64,000 bases of DNA from Tagaea sp. (GCA_965279525.1 CBDIIB010000003.1:352001-416000); one strand, 5' to 3'. Positions 48,914 to 58,846 are shown, counted from the first letter of the stretch. Made by a program: numbers and translations. Notes: a model not told the origin generated them from the sequence alone.

Positions 48914-49915
48914 TCAGCTCTGTGTCTTGATGATGATCTGCTGCATCTTGTCGAGGATTTCCTTGCGGTTCTGTGCCGCCCAGCTCTCGTCATATTCGAT
49001 GACCTTGAACTTGTCGGGTGCCAGCATCTCGGGGTGTGTCTTGACGCCCTTTACGGTTGGCCGGCGCCCGGGGAACTTCTCGGCGAGCTGGGTCTGCGCG
49101 TCGACCGTCAGCAGATAGTCGGCGAACAGCCGGGCTGCCTTCGGGTTCTGCGCTCCCTTGACGATAAACATGCCTTCCGGCTGCAGCAGCGTGCCGTCAG
49201 TCGGGTAGACAATGCCGGCATTGCCAGCGAGCACGTAGTTGAAGGCACCTTCCTCGTAGGTGACACCGATCGGATATTCGCCGCGGCCCACCTGCTGGAA
49301 AACGAGCGACGAGCGCAGCACGATGTTCATGTTGCGCGTCATGTCTTCGACGAGCTTCCATGCCGCATCGCCCTTGCCGTAGATCTGCAGCCATGTCGTC
49401 AGCGCGCCGAGCGACGAACTCGACTTCGACGGATCGGCATGTACGACCTTGCCCTTCCATTGCGGCTTGGCGAGGTCAGCCCATGTCTTCGGCGCCTGAT
49501 CGGCCGGAACGAGCTTCTTGTTGTACATGATGACCATCGTGCTGGCGCCGAACGGCGTGTTGAAGCCGGCCGGATCGACCATCTTCGGCTCGACATTCGA
49601 CATGTTCTTCGAGCGGTAGACGTCGAAGAGGTCGGGCGACGAAGACCCGGTATCGGAGAAGCCGCCCCACATGACGTCGCCGGCCGGCCGGCCGCGCTCG
49701 GCGCGGATGCGGTTGAGGAGTTCGCCGGTTCCTGCCTTGACGGTCGTTACCTTGATGCCGTTCTTCTCGCCGAACTCCTTGGTGAAATGGTCCACCATTT
49801 CCGACGGGTGCGAGGCATAGATGACGAGCTGCTTTTCGTGGTCTTGCGCCAGGGCGGCAAACGCCATGACGGAAAGTGCGCCGGCCAGCGCCAGCGTCCC
49901 GAACGATTTAATCAC
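48914..49915 (-). CDS. ABC substrate-binding protein, AfuA/FbpA/PhnS class
   Basis: GTG start with GGGAGG RBS; signal peptide; GTGELLNRI, GDVMWGG, ADPSKSSS, VYPTDGT. Confidence 0.87.
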   Translation of the reverse strand: MIKSFGTLALAGALSVMAFAALAQDHEKQLVIYASHPSEMVDHFTKEFGEKNGIKVTTVKAGTGELLNRIRAERGRPAGDVMWGGFSDTGSSSPDLFDVYRSKNMSNVEPKMVDPAGFNTPFGASTMVIMYNKKLVPADQAPKTWADLAKPQWKGKVVHADPSKSSSSLGALTTWLQIYGKGDAAWKLVEDMTRNMNIVLRSSLVFQQVGRGEYPIGVTYEEGAFNYVLAGNAGIVYPTDGTLLQPEGMFIVKGAQNPKAARLFADYLLTVDAQTQLAEKFPGRRPTVKGVKTHPEMLAPDKFKVIEYDESWAAQNRKEILDKMQQIIIKTQS

Positions 49916-50004
49916 CGGTTTCCTCCCGAGGCTCACGTTGAACTCGCTAAATCGCCGGATGGCGATGTTGCGGTTTGATGTGTTTTTTGTGACAATAACG
50001 TGAA

Positions 50005-50018
50005 TGGAATCGGTTCCA
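50005..50018. promoter_or_regulatory. LacI-type operator
   Basis: TGGAAtCGgTTCCA palindrome with central CG in the divergent gap upstream of the long minus-strand operon. Confidence 0.6.
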
Positions 50019-50202
50019 CTGTCCAACGAATATGATTCCGCAGTGCAGCACGGCTGCCGTTCGCTCCTGCAAATTGGGAGATCCCAGATGACCCACTTGG
50101 GAATGGCTTTGTCGTGTAAAGCCGGTCGGCGAATTCACAAAAATGCGGCGATGGACTCCGGTTCTTGGCGGAACGGGGCGCCGAAGTGAAGGCACTCCTC
50201 AC

Positions 50203-50991
50203 GTGACAGGCACCGGGCTCGATGCGCGGCTGTCAGTAGCGAGCGACATCGCACTGGAAGCTGGCAGACTCGCGATGGAGTGGTGGTCGGGCCAGCGCGC
50301 GCTGGGTACCACCTTCAAGGGGCGGCACGACTTCCTGACGCAGGCGGACGGAGCGGTTGAAACTCTGATCCGCGCGCGACTCGCGGCCGCCTTTCCCGAA
50401 GACTCATTTGTCGGCGAAGAGGGCGGTGGTGCTGGCGGCGGTCGCATGTGGGTTGTCGATCCCATCGATGGGACGTCGAATTTTGCGACGGGTGTCGCCG
50501 ACTGGTGCATCTCGATAGCGTATGTGCAGGACGGGGTCCCGACGATCGGCGTGATTTTCGCGCCGGTCCTTGCCGAACTCTATGTCGGATGCATCGGGCG
50601 CGGCGCGACCAAGAACGGCACGGCTATTCGCGTCGCCGGGCCGGTGGATGTCGGCGCGGCGGTGCTTGACATCGACTGGAGCCCCTCGATTCCAAAGCCA
50701 GCATTCATCGGCCTGCTGGCGCGCGTGATGGAAGACGGGTTCGATTTCCGGCGGGCAGGATCCTGCGCGCTGGCACTGGCGCGCGTCGCCTGTGGTTCCC
50801 GGCATGGATACATCCAACTCTGGACGAAGCCGTGGGACGCGCTTGCGGGTGTTGTTCTGGTCCGCGAGGCGGGCGGCTATACGAGCCGTTTCGAGGACGG
50901 GCTCGACATTGCATGCGGGAATCCGATACTCGCATCAACGCCGGATCTCGCGCCGGCGCTTGTTCGGCTTTCCGGTATCGGGGCTGGTTAG
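50203..50991 (+). CDS. IMPase family phosphatase (#3)
   Basis: DFLTQAD, GEEG, WVVDPIDGTSNF, KPWDALAG; start uncertain. Confidence 0.9.
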   Translation: MTGTGLDARLSVASDIALEAGRLAMEWWSGQRALGTTFKGRHDFLTQADGAVETLIRARLAAAFPEDSFVGEEGGGAGGGRMWVVDPIDGTSNFATGVADWCISIAYVQDGVPTIGVIFAPVLAELYVGCIGRGATKNGTAIRVAGPVDVGAAVLDIDWSPSIPKPAFIGLLARVMEDGFDFRRAGSCALALARVACGSRHGYIQLWTKPWDALAGVVLVREAGGYTSRFEDGLDIACGNPILASTPDLAPALVRLSGIGAG

Positions 50992-51053
50992 CGCGGCGGG
51001 CGTGGCGATGCCGATGATGCATCGCGCGCGGTGGAGGGATAGGCTTCCCGACC

Positions 51054-52076
51054 ATGGACGACGAGCGGATTCTGGGGAGGGGCGGTGGGTTCATCACTTC
51101 GCGCGATGTCGCGAGGCGCGCCGGCGTCTCTCGTTCGGCGGTATCGCGGACCTTCACGCCGGGCGCGAGCGTTTCGCCACGTATGCGCCAGCGTGTACTG
51201 AAGGCCGCCGAAGAGCTGGGCTACCGCGTCAACCGGCTGGCCCAAAGCCTGATCAGCGACCGTTCGATCCTGGTCGGTGTCCTGGTGGCAAACATGTCGG
51301 CGCCCTACATGGCGCGGCAGCTTGAGGCGCTTAGCCTCGCGCTGCTGCAGGAAGGCATGCAATGCCTGCTGCTGAACGCGGCAGCGACCGAAAGTCACGG
51401 AATTTCCGAACTGATCGAGCGAATTCTCGAGTTTCGCGTACGTGCCATTGTCGTGATGTCGGGCGCACCCCCCACTTCGATCGTCAAGGAATGCTTGGCC
51501 AACGGCGTGCGGGTCATCCTCGTCAACAAACTAATCGAAGGCGCAGTGACCGACACGATCCTGACGGATGATGCGACCGGCGCACGCCTGGCCGCCGGTC
51601 GGCTGATCGACGATGGCTGCCGGCGGCCGGCAATCATCAGCAGCGGTGCCGGCACGCATAGTCTTACGCGCCGGACCGACGCGGCGCTGGCGCGTTTCGC
51701 CGAGGCCGGCCTGTCACCCGTCGTCTGGGCAAAAGGGACGACCACTTACGAGACCGGTGCACGTGCTGCGCGCGAAACGCTGGCTGATCGCGGCGTCGAT
51801 GGTGCGTTCTGCGTCACCGACTTTCTTGCGCTTGGCTATCTGGATGCGGCGCGGGCGGAGATGGGGCGGCGTGTGCCGCAGGATCTGAGCGTCGTCGGGT
51901 TCGATGACATCCCGCAGGCGTCCTGGGACAGCTACCGGATGACGACGCTCCGCCAGCCGGTGGGGACTCTCATTGATGCAATCATGCGGGCGATCCTGCG
52001 CGATGCGACTGGCAGCAAGCCAGTCGAAGACCTGCTGCCGGTTGAACTTGTCGAGCGTTCGACGACGCGGAAATAG
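51054..52076 (+). CDS. LacI family regulator
   Basis: TSRDVARRAGVSRSAVSRTF; VPQDLSVVGFDDI. Confidence 0.95.
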   Translation: MDDERILGRGGGFITSRDVARRAGVSRSAVSRTFTPGASVSPRMRQRVLKAAEELGYRVNRLAQSLISDRSILVGVLVANMSAPYMARQLEALSLALLQEGMQCLLLNAAATESHGISELIERILEFRVRAIVVMSGAPPTSIVKECLANGVRVILVNKLIEGAVTDTILTDDATGARLAAGRLIDDGCRRPAIISSGAGTHSLTRRTDAALARFAEAGLSPVVWAKGTTTYETGARAARETLADRGVDGAFCVTDFLALGYLDAARAEMGRRVPQDLSVVGFDDIPQASWDSYRMTTLRQPVGTLIDAIMRAILRDATGSKPVEDLLPVELVERSTTRK

Positions 52077-52088
52077 CGTCTCTTGCCT

Positions 52089-52110
52089 ATTTTGCACTCG
52101 TGTGCAAAAT
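52089..52110. promoter_or_regulatory. LacI-type operator
   Basis: ATTTTGCACtCGtGTGCAAAAT palindrome between the lacI gene and the DSP operon. Confidence 0.7.
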
Positions 52111-52187
52111 TCCATTCGACCAAGGCGTAAGGTCGGCGTCCCGGAAGGGCGAACTGGCCGCCGACGAAATGGGAGAAGACGCACTTC

Positions 52188-52799
52188 ATGGCTATCGAAG
52201 CTCCTGTCCATGCCAGGCCAGCGATCAGCCTGATCGCCGAAGACCTCCCGCCACACGGAGCCAAGATCTATATCGGCGACACCGATGCCGCGCGCGACGT
52301 GGCGCTGCTGCGCCAGCATGGCATTGCGACCGTGATCAACTGCGCGGTCAATCTCGACATCAATTACGTCGGCGAGCCGGCGCACCCGGCGACCGAAACG
52401 ATGCTCGCAGCAGGGACGGGCCCGGTGCGGATTTACAAGCTTGGCCTGATCGACGGTCCGGGCAATCCGGCGACGATGCTGCTTGCCGGCTACTACATGA
52501 TGAGCGGCGCCATGCGTCAGGAGTTCCCGGACAAGCCGAGCTATCCGCGCCGAGAGCGGGGCAACATCCTTGTTCATTGCCGCGGTGGCCGCAGCCGCTC
52601 GGTAGCATTGGTGGCGCTTTACCTACACGTCGAATTGCCAGGTCGATTCCCGACGGTAGACGCGGCGATCGCGCATATCCGCCAGCACCGCGAACTGCAC
52701 CCTGACGAATGGTTCGAGACTCCGAACCCGCTTCTGCAGGAAGCGGCCGAGCGCTCGGCCGGCTGGATCCGCAGGATTGCCGAAGAGGGAGGGCATTAG
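52188..52799 (+). CDS. Dual-specificity/PTP-superfamily phosphatase
   Basis: IYIG, GIATVINCA, LIDGPG acid loop, VHCRGGRSRS CX5R motif. Confidence 0.88.
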   Translation: MAIEAPVHARPAISLIAEDLPPHGAKIYIGDTDAARDVALLRQHGIATVINCAVNLDINYVGEPAHPATETMLAAGTGPVRIYKLGLIDGPGNPATMLLAGYYMMSGAMRQEFPDKPSYPRRERGNILVHCRGGRSRSVALVALYLHVELPGRFPTVDAAIAHIRQHRELHPDEWFETPNPLLQEAAERSAGWIRRIAEEGGH

Positions 52800-52803
52800 C
52801 AAC

Positions 52804-53880
52804 ATGGCCCACCTGAAGGTCGACGCAGTTTCCAAGCAGTTCGGCACGTTCCGCGCGGTCGATGACGTCTCGCTCGACGTGCGGGACGGCGAGTTCCTGG
52901 CCGTGCTCGGTCCGTCCGGTTGCGGCAAGACGACGCTGCTGCGCCTCATCGCCGGGTTCGAAGAGGTTTCGGCGGGCCGCATTGCGATCGGCGATCGCAT
53001 CATGTCCTCGGCAGCAGTGCATCTGCCGCCGGAGCAACGGCGGATCGGCATCGTTTTCCAGTCCTACGCGCTTTGGCCGCACATGACAGTGTCGGAGAAT
53101 GTCGGATACAGCCTGAAGGTCGCCGGTGCTGCGCCCGACGAACGGCGCAGGCGGGTCGATGACGCGCTGGCGATGGTCGGGCTTGCCGGTTTCGGCGGGC
53201 GTCGGCCGTCGATGCTGTCGGGCGGCGAACGCCAGCGCGTGGCGTTGGCGCGCTGCCTGGTCGCGGCTCCTTCGCTGATTCTCCTCGACGAACCGCTCGC
53301 CAATCTCGACGTCCATCTGCGGGCCGCGATGGAGGACGAGTTCACCGATTTCCACCGGCGTACCGGCACGACGATGTTCTACATCACGCACGACCAGTCC
53401 GAAGCGATGGCGCTTGCCGACAGGATCGCGGTGATGGATCACGGGCGCGTCGTACAGGTCGCGACACCACTGGAACTTTATCGCGAACCGGCCACAGAGA
53501 TGGTCGCGGGATTTATCGGCCAGGGCATGGTCGTGCCGGCCGAAATCCGCTCCGTCGAGCCGGGCGGCCGATGCCACGCGCGAATATTCGGACACGACGT
53601 CGCCGTGCGCTGCCGCGTCGACCAGAAGCCAGTGACTGCCGGGAAGGTCTGCGTCCATCCGCGCGAACTGGCGGTCGTTCCGGCCGGTAGCCCGGGTGTC
53701 GCCGCCCGTGTGCGCCGGATCGTCTATCGCGGCGGCTATCTGCGCGCCGAGGTGGCGCCGCACGCCGCCCCGGACCTGTCTCTCAATATCGAAGTCGTCG
53801 ATCCGCAGGCCCTGCGCCCCGATCTCGACGTTTCGGTCACGCTGAACGACGGCTGGGCAATCCCGGCGACCGGCATTTAG
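52804..53880 (+). CDS. ABC ATPase, FbpC type
   Basis: GPSGCGKT, LSGGERQR, LDEPLANLD. Confidence 0.93.
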   Translation: MAHLKVDAVSKQFGTFRAVDDVSLDVRDGEFLAVLGPSGCGKTTLLRLIAGFEEVSAGRIAIGDRIMSSAAVHLPPEQRRIGIVFQSYALWPHMTVSENVGYSLKVAGAAPDERRRRVDDALAMVGLAGFGGRRPSMLSGGERQRVALARCLVAAPSLILLDEPLANLDVHLRAAMEDEFTDFHRRTGTTMFYITHDQSEAMALADRIAVMDHGRVVQVATPLELYREPATEMVAGFIGQGMVVPAEIRSVEPGGRCHARIFGHDVAVRCRVDQKPVTAGKVCVHPRELAVVPAGSPGVAARVRRIVYRGGYLRAEVAPHAAPDLSLNIEVVDPQALRPDLDVSVTLNDGWAIPATGI

Positions 53881-53915
53881 ACGCAAACGAAAACGAAAAC
53901 GCAATGGAGGAAACG

Positions 53916-54896
53916 ATGAGAAGGATCCTTGGCGCCATTGTCTGCCTCGTCTCCTGGACGGCTGTCGCCGTAGCCCAGCAGCCGAGCGGAAAACTGGTCG
54001 TCTATACCTCACAGCAGCCTGATGTTGCCCAGCAGACCGTCGACGCCTTCAAGGCAAAGAATCCGAGAGTTGATGTCGAGTGGACCCGCAACGGTACTGG
54101 TCCGCTGATGAACGTGCTGCGCGCCGAGATCACCGCAGGCGATGTGAAGCCTGACATCCTTTTCGTTGCTGACGAGATCAACCTCGGTCAGCTCAAGATC
54201 GAGAAGCGGCTGCTCGCCTATCCCGAGGCGAATGTCGCGATTTACAACAAGGTCTTTCACGATCCGGACAAGTTCTATTTCGGCACAAAAGTCGTTGCGA
54301 CTGGCATCGCGTACAACACGCGCGCAGCCAAAAAGCCGACCAGCTGGTGGGACCTGACCAAGCCTGAGGTAAAAGGGCAAGTCGCCGTGCCGAGCCCGCT
54401 GTTCTCGGGCGCAGCCCTTGCCGTGCTGCATGCTTTCCTGGAAGCGCCCGGTCTCGGTTGGGACTATTACCGCGCAATGTCGAAGAACGGTGTCGTGCCG
54501 CAGGGCGGGAACGGGCCGGCTTTGAACGCCGTTTCCGGCGGGCGCGCGCTTTACGGCATCATTGCCGACGGCGACGTGTTCCGTGCAAAGGCTGAAGGCT
54601 CGCCGGTCGATCTCGCTTATCCGGTCGAGGGTGTTTCTTTCATCACCGAGCCGGTGGCGATCATGTCGACCGCCCGAAACGTACCCGCTGCAAAGGCCTT
54701 CATCGATTTCCTCGTCTCCAAGGAAGGCCAGGAACTTGTCGCCAAGCAAGGGAATCTCGCGATCCATCCTGACGTGGCATCGCCACCCGGGTTCCCGAAG
54801 CTCTCCGAGATCAAGCTGCTGCCGATCGACGCGAAGAAGGCGATCACCAACGACAGCGAGGTGAAGAAGACCTACACCTCGATCTTCGGCGGCTGA
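53916..54896 (+). CDS. ABC substrate-binding protein, AfuA/FbpA class
   Basis: GGAGG RBS, signal peptide; LVVYTSQ, PSPLFSGAA, YPVEG. Confidence 0.87.
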   Translation: MRRILGAIVCLVSWTAVAVAQQPSGKLVVYTSQQPDVAQQTVDAFKAKNPRVDVEWTRNGTGPLMNVLRAEITAGDVKPDILFVADEINLGQLKIEKRLLAYPEANVAIYNKVFHDPDKFYFGTKVVATGIAYNTRAAKKPTSWWDLTKPEVKGQVAVPSPLFSGAALAVLHAFLEAPGLGWDYYRAMSKNGVVPQGGNGPALNAVSGGRALYGIIADGDVFRAKAEGSPVDLAYPVEGVSFITEPVAIMSTARNVPAAKAFIDFLVSKEGQELVAKQGNLAIHPDVASPPGFPKLSEIKLLPIDAKKAITNDSEVKKTYTSIFGG

Positions 54897-54902
54897 CGAC
54901 TT

Positions 54903-56648
54903 ATGGCCAGCGAAGCGGCCATCGATCCGGCACCCAGGTTTCTGGACCGCATCGGCGCGCGCCGATGGACGGTCTCGGAAGCCTGGGTGCTTGTCGGCCT
55001 CTTCGGGTTCGTGCTTTGCCTATCGCTCGCACCGCTCGGGCGCCTGCTGTCGGAAGCGCTGATGCCGGGCGGCGAATTCAATCTTTCGCGCCTTGCTCGT
55101 CTGTACGGCGAAGGGGTTGTATGGCGCGCGACGATGAACACGCTCCAGATCGCAGCGGGCGCCACGGTCATTGCCGTCATACTCGGGGTTGCGATGGCCA
55201 GCGTCATCGCGGTTACCGATGTGCGCGGCAAGGCAGCAATCGTGTTCTGCTTCATCCTGCCGTTGATGATTCCGCCGCAGGTGAGCGCTTTGGCCTGGCT
55301 CCAGGCCTTGGGACCTTCAAGCACACTGCTGGGTATGGTCGGTCTCGCACCGCCGCCAGGTTCGCCCCACCCGCTCTTTTCGATGTGGGGCATCATCATC
55401 CTGCTTGGCATGCACAACGCGCCTCTGGTTTTTCTTGCCACCCGGGCAAGCATGCGCGCCGTTCCCGCCGATCTCGTGGATGCTGCCCGCTCGAACGGGG
55501 CAGGGCCGTTCACGACGATGCGCACCGTAATCCTGCCGCTTGCAAGTGCCGGTCTGATCTCAGGCGGCGCCATTGCCTTTGTTTCAGCGGCGGGGAACTT
55601 CGGCATCCAGGCGATGCTCGGTATCCCGGCGCGAATCCCGACGCTGATCACGCTTATCTTCCAGCGCCTTTCGGATTTCGGGCCGAGCGTCCTCGCCGAC
55701 GCGGCTGCCCTGGCACTCGGCCTTGCGGTCATCGCGATCTGCGGACTTGGCCTGCAGAGCTGGCTGATCCGCCGACGCGACCTGCGGGTTACCGGGACGG
55801 GCGCCCAATTCCTCGAGTTCCGGCTCGGGCGGTGGCGCACTGCGACTGCGGCTATCTGCTGGATCGGCATTGCAGTCGTACTGTTCATTCCTCTCGGCGC
55901 CCTCCTGACCGCAGCTCTGGTACGCGCATACGGCTTGCCTCTTTCCTGGGAGACGCTGACCTTCCGGCATTTCGCCAATGCGCTTTTCAATCACACCGCA
56001 ATCCGCCGCGCATTCCTGACCAGCCTGTCGCTGGCGACGATGACGGCCGTCATCCTGATGGCCGTGGCGATCCCGCTCGGCTACTTCCTCACTTGGCGAA
56101 AGAGTCTGGCGGTCCGTCTCCTCAGCCTTTCCGCCGAACTGTCCTATGCACTTCCGGGCGCGGTCATCGCGATCGCTGCGATCCTCTTTTTCCTGAAACC
56201 GCTTCCCTTCATCGGGATCAGTCTGTACGGCACGATCTGGATCATCCTTGCAGCGTACCTCGCCAACCGGCTGCTGCTGGCACTGCGTCCGACCGTGAGC
56301 GGCTTCCTTCAGATCGATCGGGCTCTCGACGAGGCAGCCCGCGTCGCCGGTGCAGGCTTCTTGCGCAGCCTCAAGGACGTGCTGCTGCCTATGGTTGCCC
56401 CGTGCGCGGCGGCGGGGGCAATTCTTGTCTTCCTCACCGCACTCGCCGAGATCCAGGTTTCGATCCTGCTGGTGTCATCGAGCGCGCGTACCATCGGTTC
56501 GATCGTCTATTTCCTCGAGGAAAGCGCTTCGTCCAGCCTTGCGTCGGCCGTCGGCGTGCTGATCGTCGTCGCGGTGTTTCTGCTGATGCTTGCAGCCTCG
56601 ATGCTCCGCGGCCGTCTCCCTCGCGGAGTATTGCCTTGGGAACCGTGA
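54903..56648 (+). CDS. ABC permease, fused FbpB type
   Basis: LVDAARSNGA, GNFGI, LDEAARVAGA. Confidence 0.9.
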   Translation: MASEAAIDPAPRFLDRIGARRWTVSEAWVLVGLFGFVLCLSLAPLGRLLSEALMPGGEFNLSRLARLYGEGVVWRATMNTLQIAAGATVIAVILGVAMASVIAVTDVRGKAAIVFCFILPLMIPPQVSALAWLQALGPSSTLLGMVGLAPPPGSPHPLFSMWGIIILLGMHNAPLVFLATRASMRAVPADLVDAARSNGAGPFTTMRTVILPLASAGLISGGAIAFVSAAGNFGIQAMLGIPARIPTLITLIFQRLSDFGPSVLADAAALALGLAVIAICGLGLQSWLIRRRDLRVTGTGAQFLEFRLGRWRTATAAICWIGIAVVLFIPLGALLTAALVRAYGLPLSWETLTFRHFANALFNHTAIRRAFLTSLSLATMTAVILMAVAIPLGYFLTWRKSLAVRLLSLSAELSYALPGAVIAIAAILFFLKPLPFIGISLYGTIWIILAAYLANRLLLALRPTVSGFLQIDRALDEAARVAGAGFLRSLKDVLLPMVAPCAAAGAILVFLTALAEIQVSILLVSSSARTIGSIVYFLEESASSSLASAVGVLIVVAVFLLMLAASMLRGRLPRGVLPWEP

Positions 56649-56685
56649 ACGCCGCCGAAATCCAGAACAAGAGTGAGGATACCGA

Positions 56686-57771
56686 ATGTCTCGCCTGACC
56701 ATCGTGAGCGGCCTCGGCGGCAAGTTGCCGGCGTGTTTCCTTGTCGAAACGGCCGGTGCGCGCATCCTGCTCGACGTCGGCGAGGGACCCGAACCGGGTG
56801 TGCGTCCCAACATCGAGCCGGTCGGCAAGGTCGACGCGATCGTGATTTCGCATGCGCACGAGGACCATGCCGCAGCGCTCGATCTTGCGCCCGACCTCGG
56901 CAATCCGCCGATCTATGCCACGTCCGGGACCTGGGCAAACATCAAGAATTGTCCAGTTCCGGCTGAACGGCGGCGCTTGCTGCCGTTGCGCGGTTCTGCC
57001 GAGATTTCTGGCGCACGCGTCGTCACCGGCCGCTGCGGTCATGCACCGGGTGGCATCTGGCTGCATTTCGACGTCGGCGGCGGATTTCTCTACACCGGCG
57101 ACTGGAGTGCCGAATCCAAGGTTTATCCCTTCGACATGCCGCCGGAGGCGGCGACCGTCGTCCTTGATGCCTCTTACGGCGATCGGGACGAAACGCTCGA
57201 CGACCAGGTCGCGGCCTTGGGCGGGATGCTCGGCGAAGGGGCCGTGCTGCCGATCCCGATCGGTGGTCGTGGGCCGGAGATGGCGCTACGGCTTGTCGAA
57301 CTCGGTCATGTGAAGCCGCATCTGTGCCCGGAGGTGCGCCGGCAGGCGGAGAGCATTGCCTCCGGCGTCGATGATGCGGCATCGCCCGCCGCCCGGGCAG
57401 CACTGGCAGACCTGTTGCGCAGCGGCCTGCCCGACAGGCCTGACCCAAGGGGGATCACGATCTGCGGCGACTCCAACGCCGAAGGCGGCCTCGCCGCGGA
57501 ACTTTTCGCCAAGTGGCTCGGTTCGACGCCGTTCATCTTCACCGGGCACGTACCAAAGAAGACCCCGGCCCATGGCGCGATCGCTGAAGGGCGGGCGCGC
57601 TGGCAACGGTGGAACACCCATCCACGGCGCAGCGACAACGTAATGCTTGCGCGCGCGATTGGTGCACGACAGGTCATTCCGGCATTCACCGACCTCGCGG
57701 GGCTCGTCGAATTGCCCCGGGAACTCGCGCCTGCGCCGATGCTGCGGGCCTACAATATCGAACTGATCTGA
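56686..57771 (+). CDS. MBL-fold hydrolase, compact beta-CASP-like
   Basis: LDVG, SHAHEDH, GHAPGG, YTGD, DASYG, GRGPE, FTGH, WNTHP. Confidence 0.85.
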   Translation: MSRLTIVSGLGGKLPACFLVETAGARILLDVGEGPEPGVRPNIEPVGKVDAIVISHAHEDHAAALDLAPDLGNPPIYATSGTWANIKNCPVPAERRRLLPLRGSAEISGARVVTGRCGHAPGGIWLHFDVGGGFLYTGDWSAESKVYPFDMPPEAATVVLDASYGDRDETLDDQVAALGGMLGEGAVLPIPIGGRGPEMALRLVELGHVKPHLCPEVRRQAESIASGVDDAASPAARAALADLLRSGLPDRPDPRGITICGDSNAEGGLAAELFAKWLGSTPFIFTGHVPKKTPAHGAIAEGRARWQRWNTHPRRSDNVMLARAIGARQVIPAFTDLAGLVELPRELAPAPMLRAYNIELI

Positions 57772-57832
57772 ACTCGTCGCCGCTTGCGGGGCGGCTGGAC
57801 AATCGTACAATGGCCCCAAGAGGGCCAATTCC

Positions 57833-58780
57833 GTGAGCAGCAAACTTGACGATGCCGCCCGGGCGGCGTGGTTGTACTTCGTCGCCGGGAACACTCAGGA
57901 TGACATCGCCAAGAAGATGTCGGTTTCGCGCCAGACTGCGCAGCGGCTTGTCTCGCTGGCGGTCAGCGAGCGGCTCGTGCGCGTCACGCTCGAGCATCCG
58001 ATCGCCGCTTGCATGGAACTCGCCGAAGAGATCCGCCGGCGTTTCGGGATAGCGAATTGCGATGTGTCGCCATCGGACACCGGTTCGGCTGCCGCCGGTC
58101 TCGGTGCGATCCATTCAGCGGCACGCGCGATCGAACGCTGGCTCAGTGCCGACAAGCCGGTCGTCATGGCACTGGGTACCGGACGCTCGATGCGCGCGGC
58201 GGTCGACCAAGTTGCCGAGATGGAATGTCCGCAGCACAAGCTCGTATCGCTGGTTGGCAACATTTCGGCCGACGGCTCGGCGAGCTATTACGATGTCATC
58301 TCGTATCTGGCCGGGCGAGTGAAAGCGCATTACTACCCGATGCCGCTGCCGGTGATCGCACGCTCGGCGGAAGAGCGGCGCCTGCTGACAGAGCTTGCCA
58401 CCGTTCGTTCGGTTGCGGATCTGGCGCGTGGCGCCGACGTCGCTTTCATCGGTATCGGACATATCGGTGCCAATGCGCCGCTACGCGAAGACGAGTTCAT
58501 CTCCGACGTCGAACTCAGCGAATTGGTTTCAGCCGGCGGGGTCGGTGAGATCGTCGGATGGGTATTCGATGCCGGCGGCAAGGTCCTGGCCGGCCGGACC
58601 AACGCGCGCGTGGCGAGCGTGCATGTCGGCAGCCTTGGTGGAGCACGCATTGCGGTCGCGACAGGCGTGCGCAAAGTCGCGGCGATCCGGGGCGCGCTTG
58701 CAGGGGGCCTTGTCACCGGGCTGGTCACCGATGAAGCAACGGCAAGGCTTATCCTTGCCGACGGGTCGCTCAAGCCGTAG
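57833..58780 (+). CDS. SorC/DeoR sugar-binding regulator (SmoC-like)
   Basis: AARAAWLYFVAGNTQDDIA..VSRQTAQRL; GTGRS; LVTDE. Confidence 0.93.
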   Translation: MSSKLDDAARAAWLYFVAGNTQDDIAKKMSVSRQTAQRLVSLAVSERLVRVTLEHPIAACMELAEEIRRRFGIANCDVSPSDTGSAAAGLGAIHSAARAIERWLSADKPVVMALGTGRSMRAAVDQVAEMECPQHKLVSLVGNISADGSASYYDVISYLAGRVKAHYYPMPLPVIARSAEERRLLTELATVRSVADLARGADVAFIGIGHIGANAPLREDEFISDVELSELVSAGGVGEIVGWVFDAGGKVLAGRTNARVASVHVGSLGGARIAVATGVRKVAAIRGALAGGLVTGLVTDEATARLILADGSLKP

Positions 58781-58807
58781 GACCCTGCTGCTGCTTGACT
58801 TATTCAG

Positions 58808-58846
58808 ATTTGAGCATTAGCTCTTTTGTAGGGCAAATGCCCAAAT
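58808..58846. promoter_or_regulatory. Candidate SorC-family operator, copy 1
   Basis: ATTTGAGCATTAGCTC..TAGGGCAAATGCCCAAAT dyad following TTGACT at 58795. Confidence 0.65.

Noticed and set aside
31388-56648. Three iron(III) ABC transporters
   Set aside because: The fold class fits, but the context is sugar and phosphatase genes with LacI operators, and no iron-related genes are present; iron specificity is unsupported
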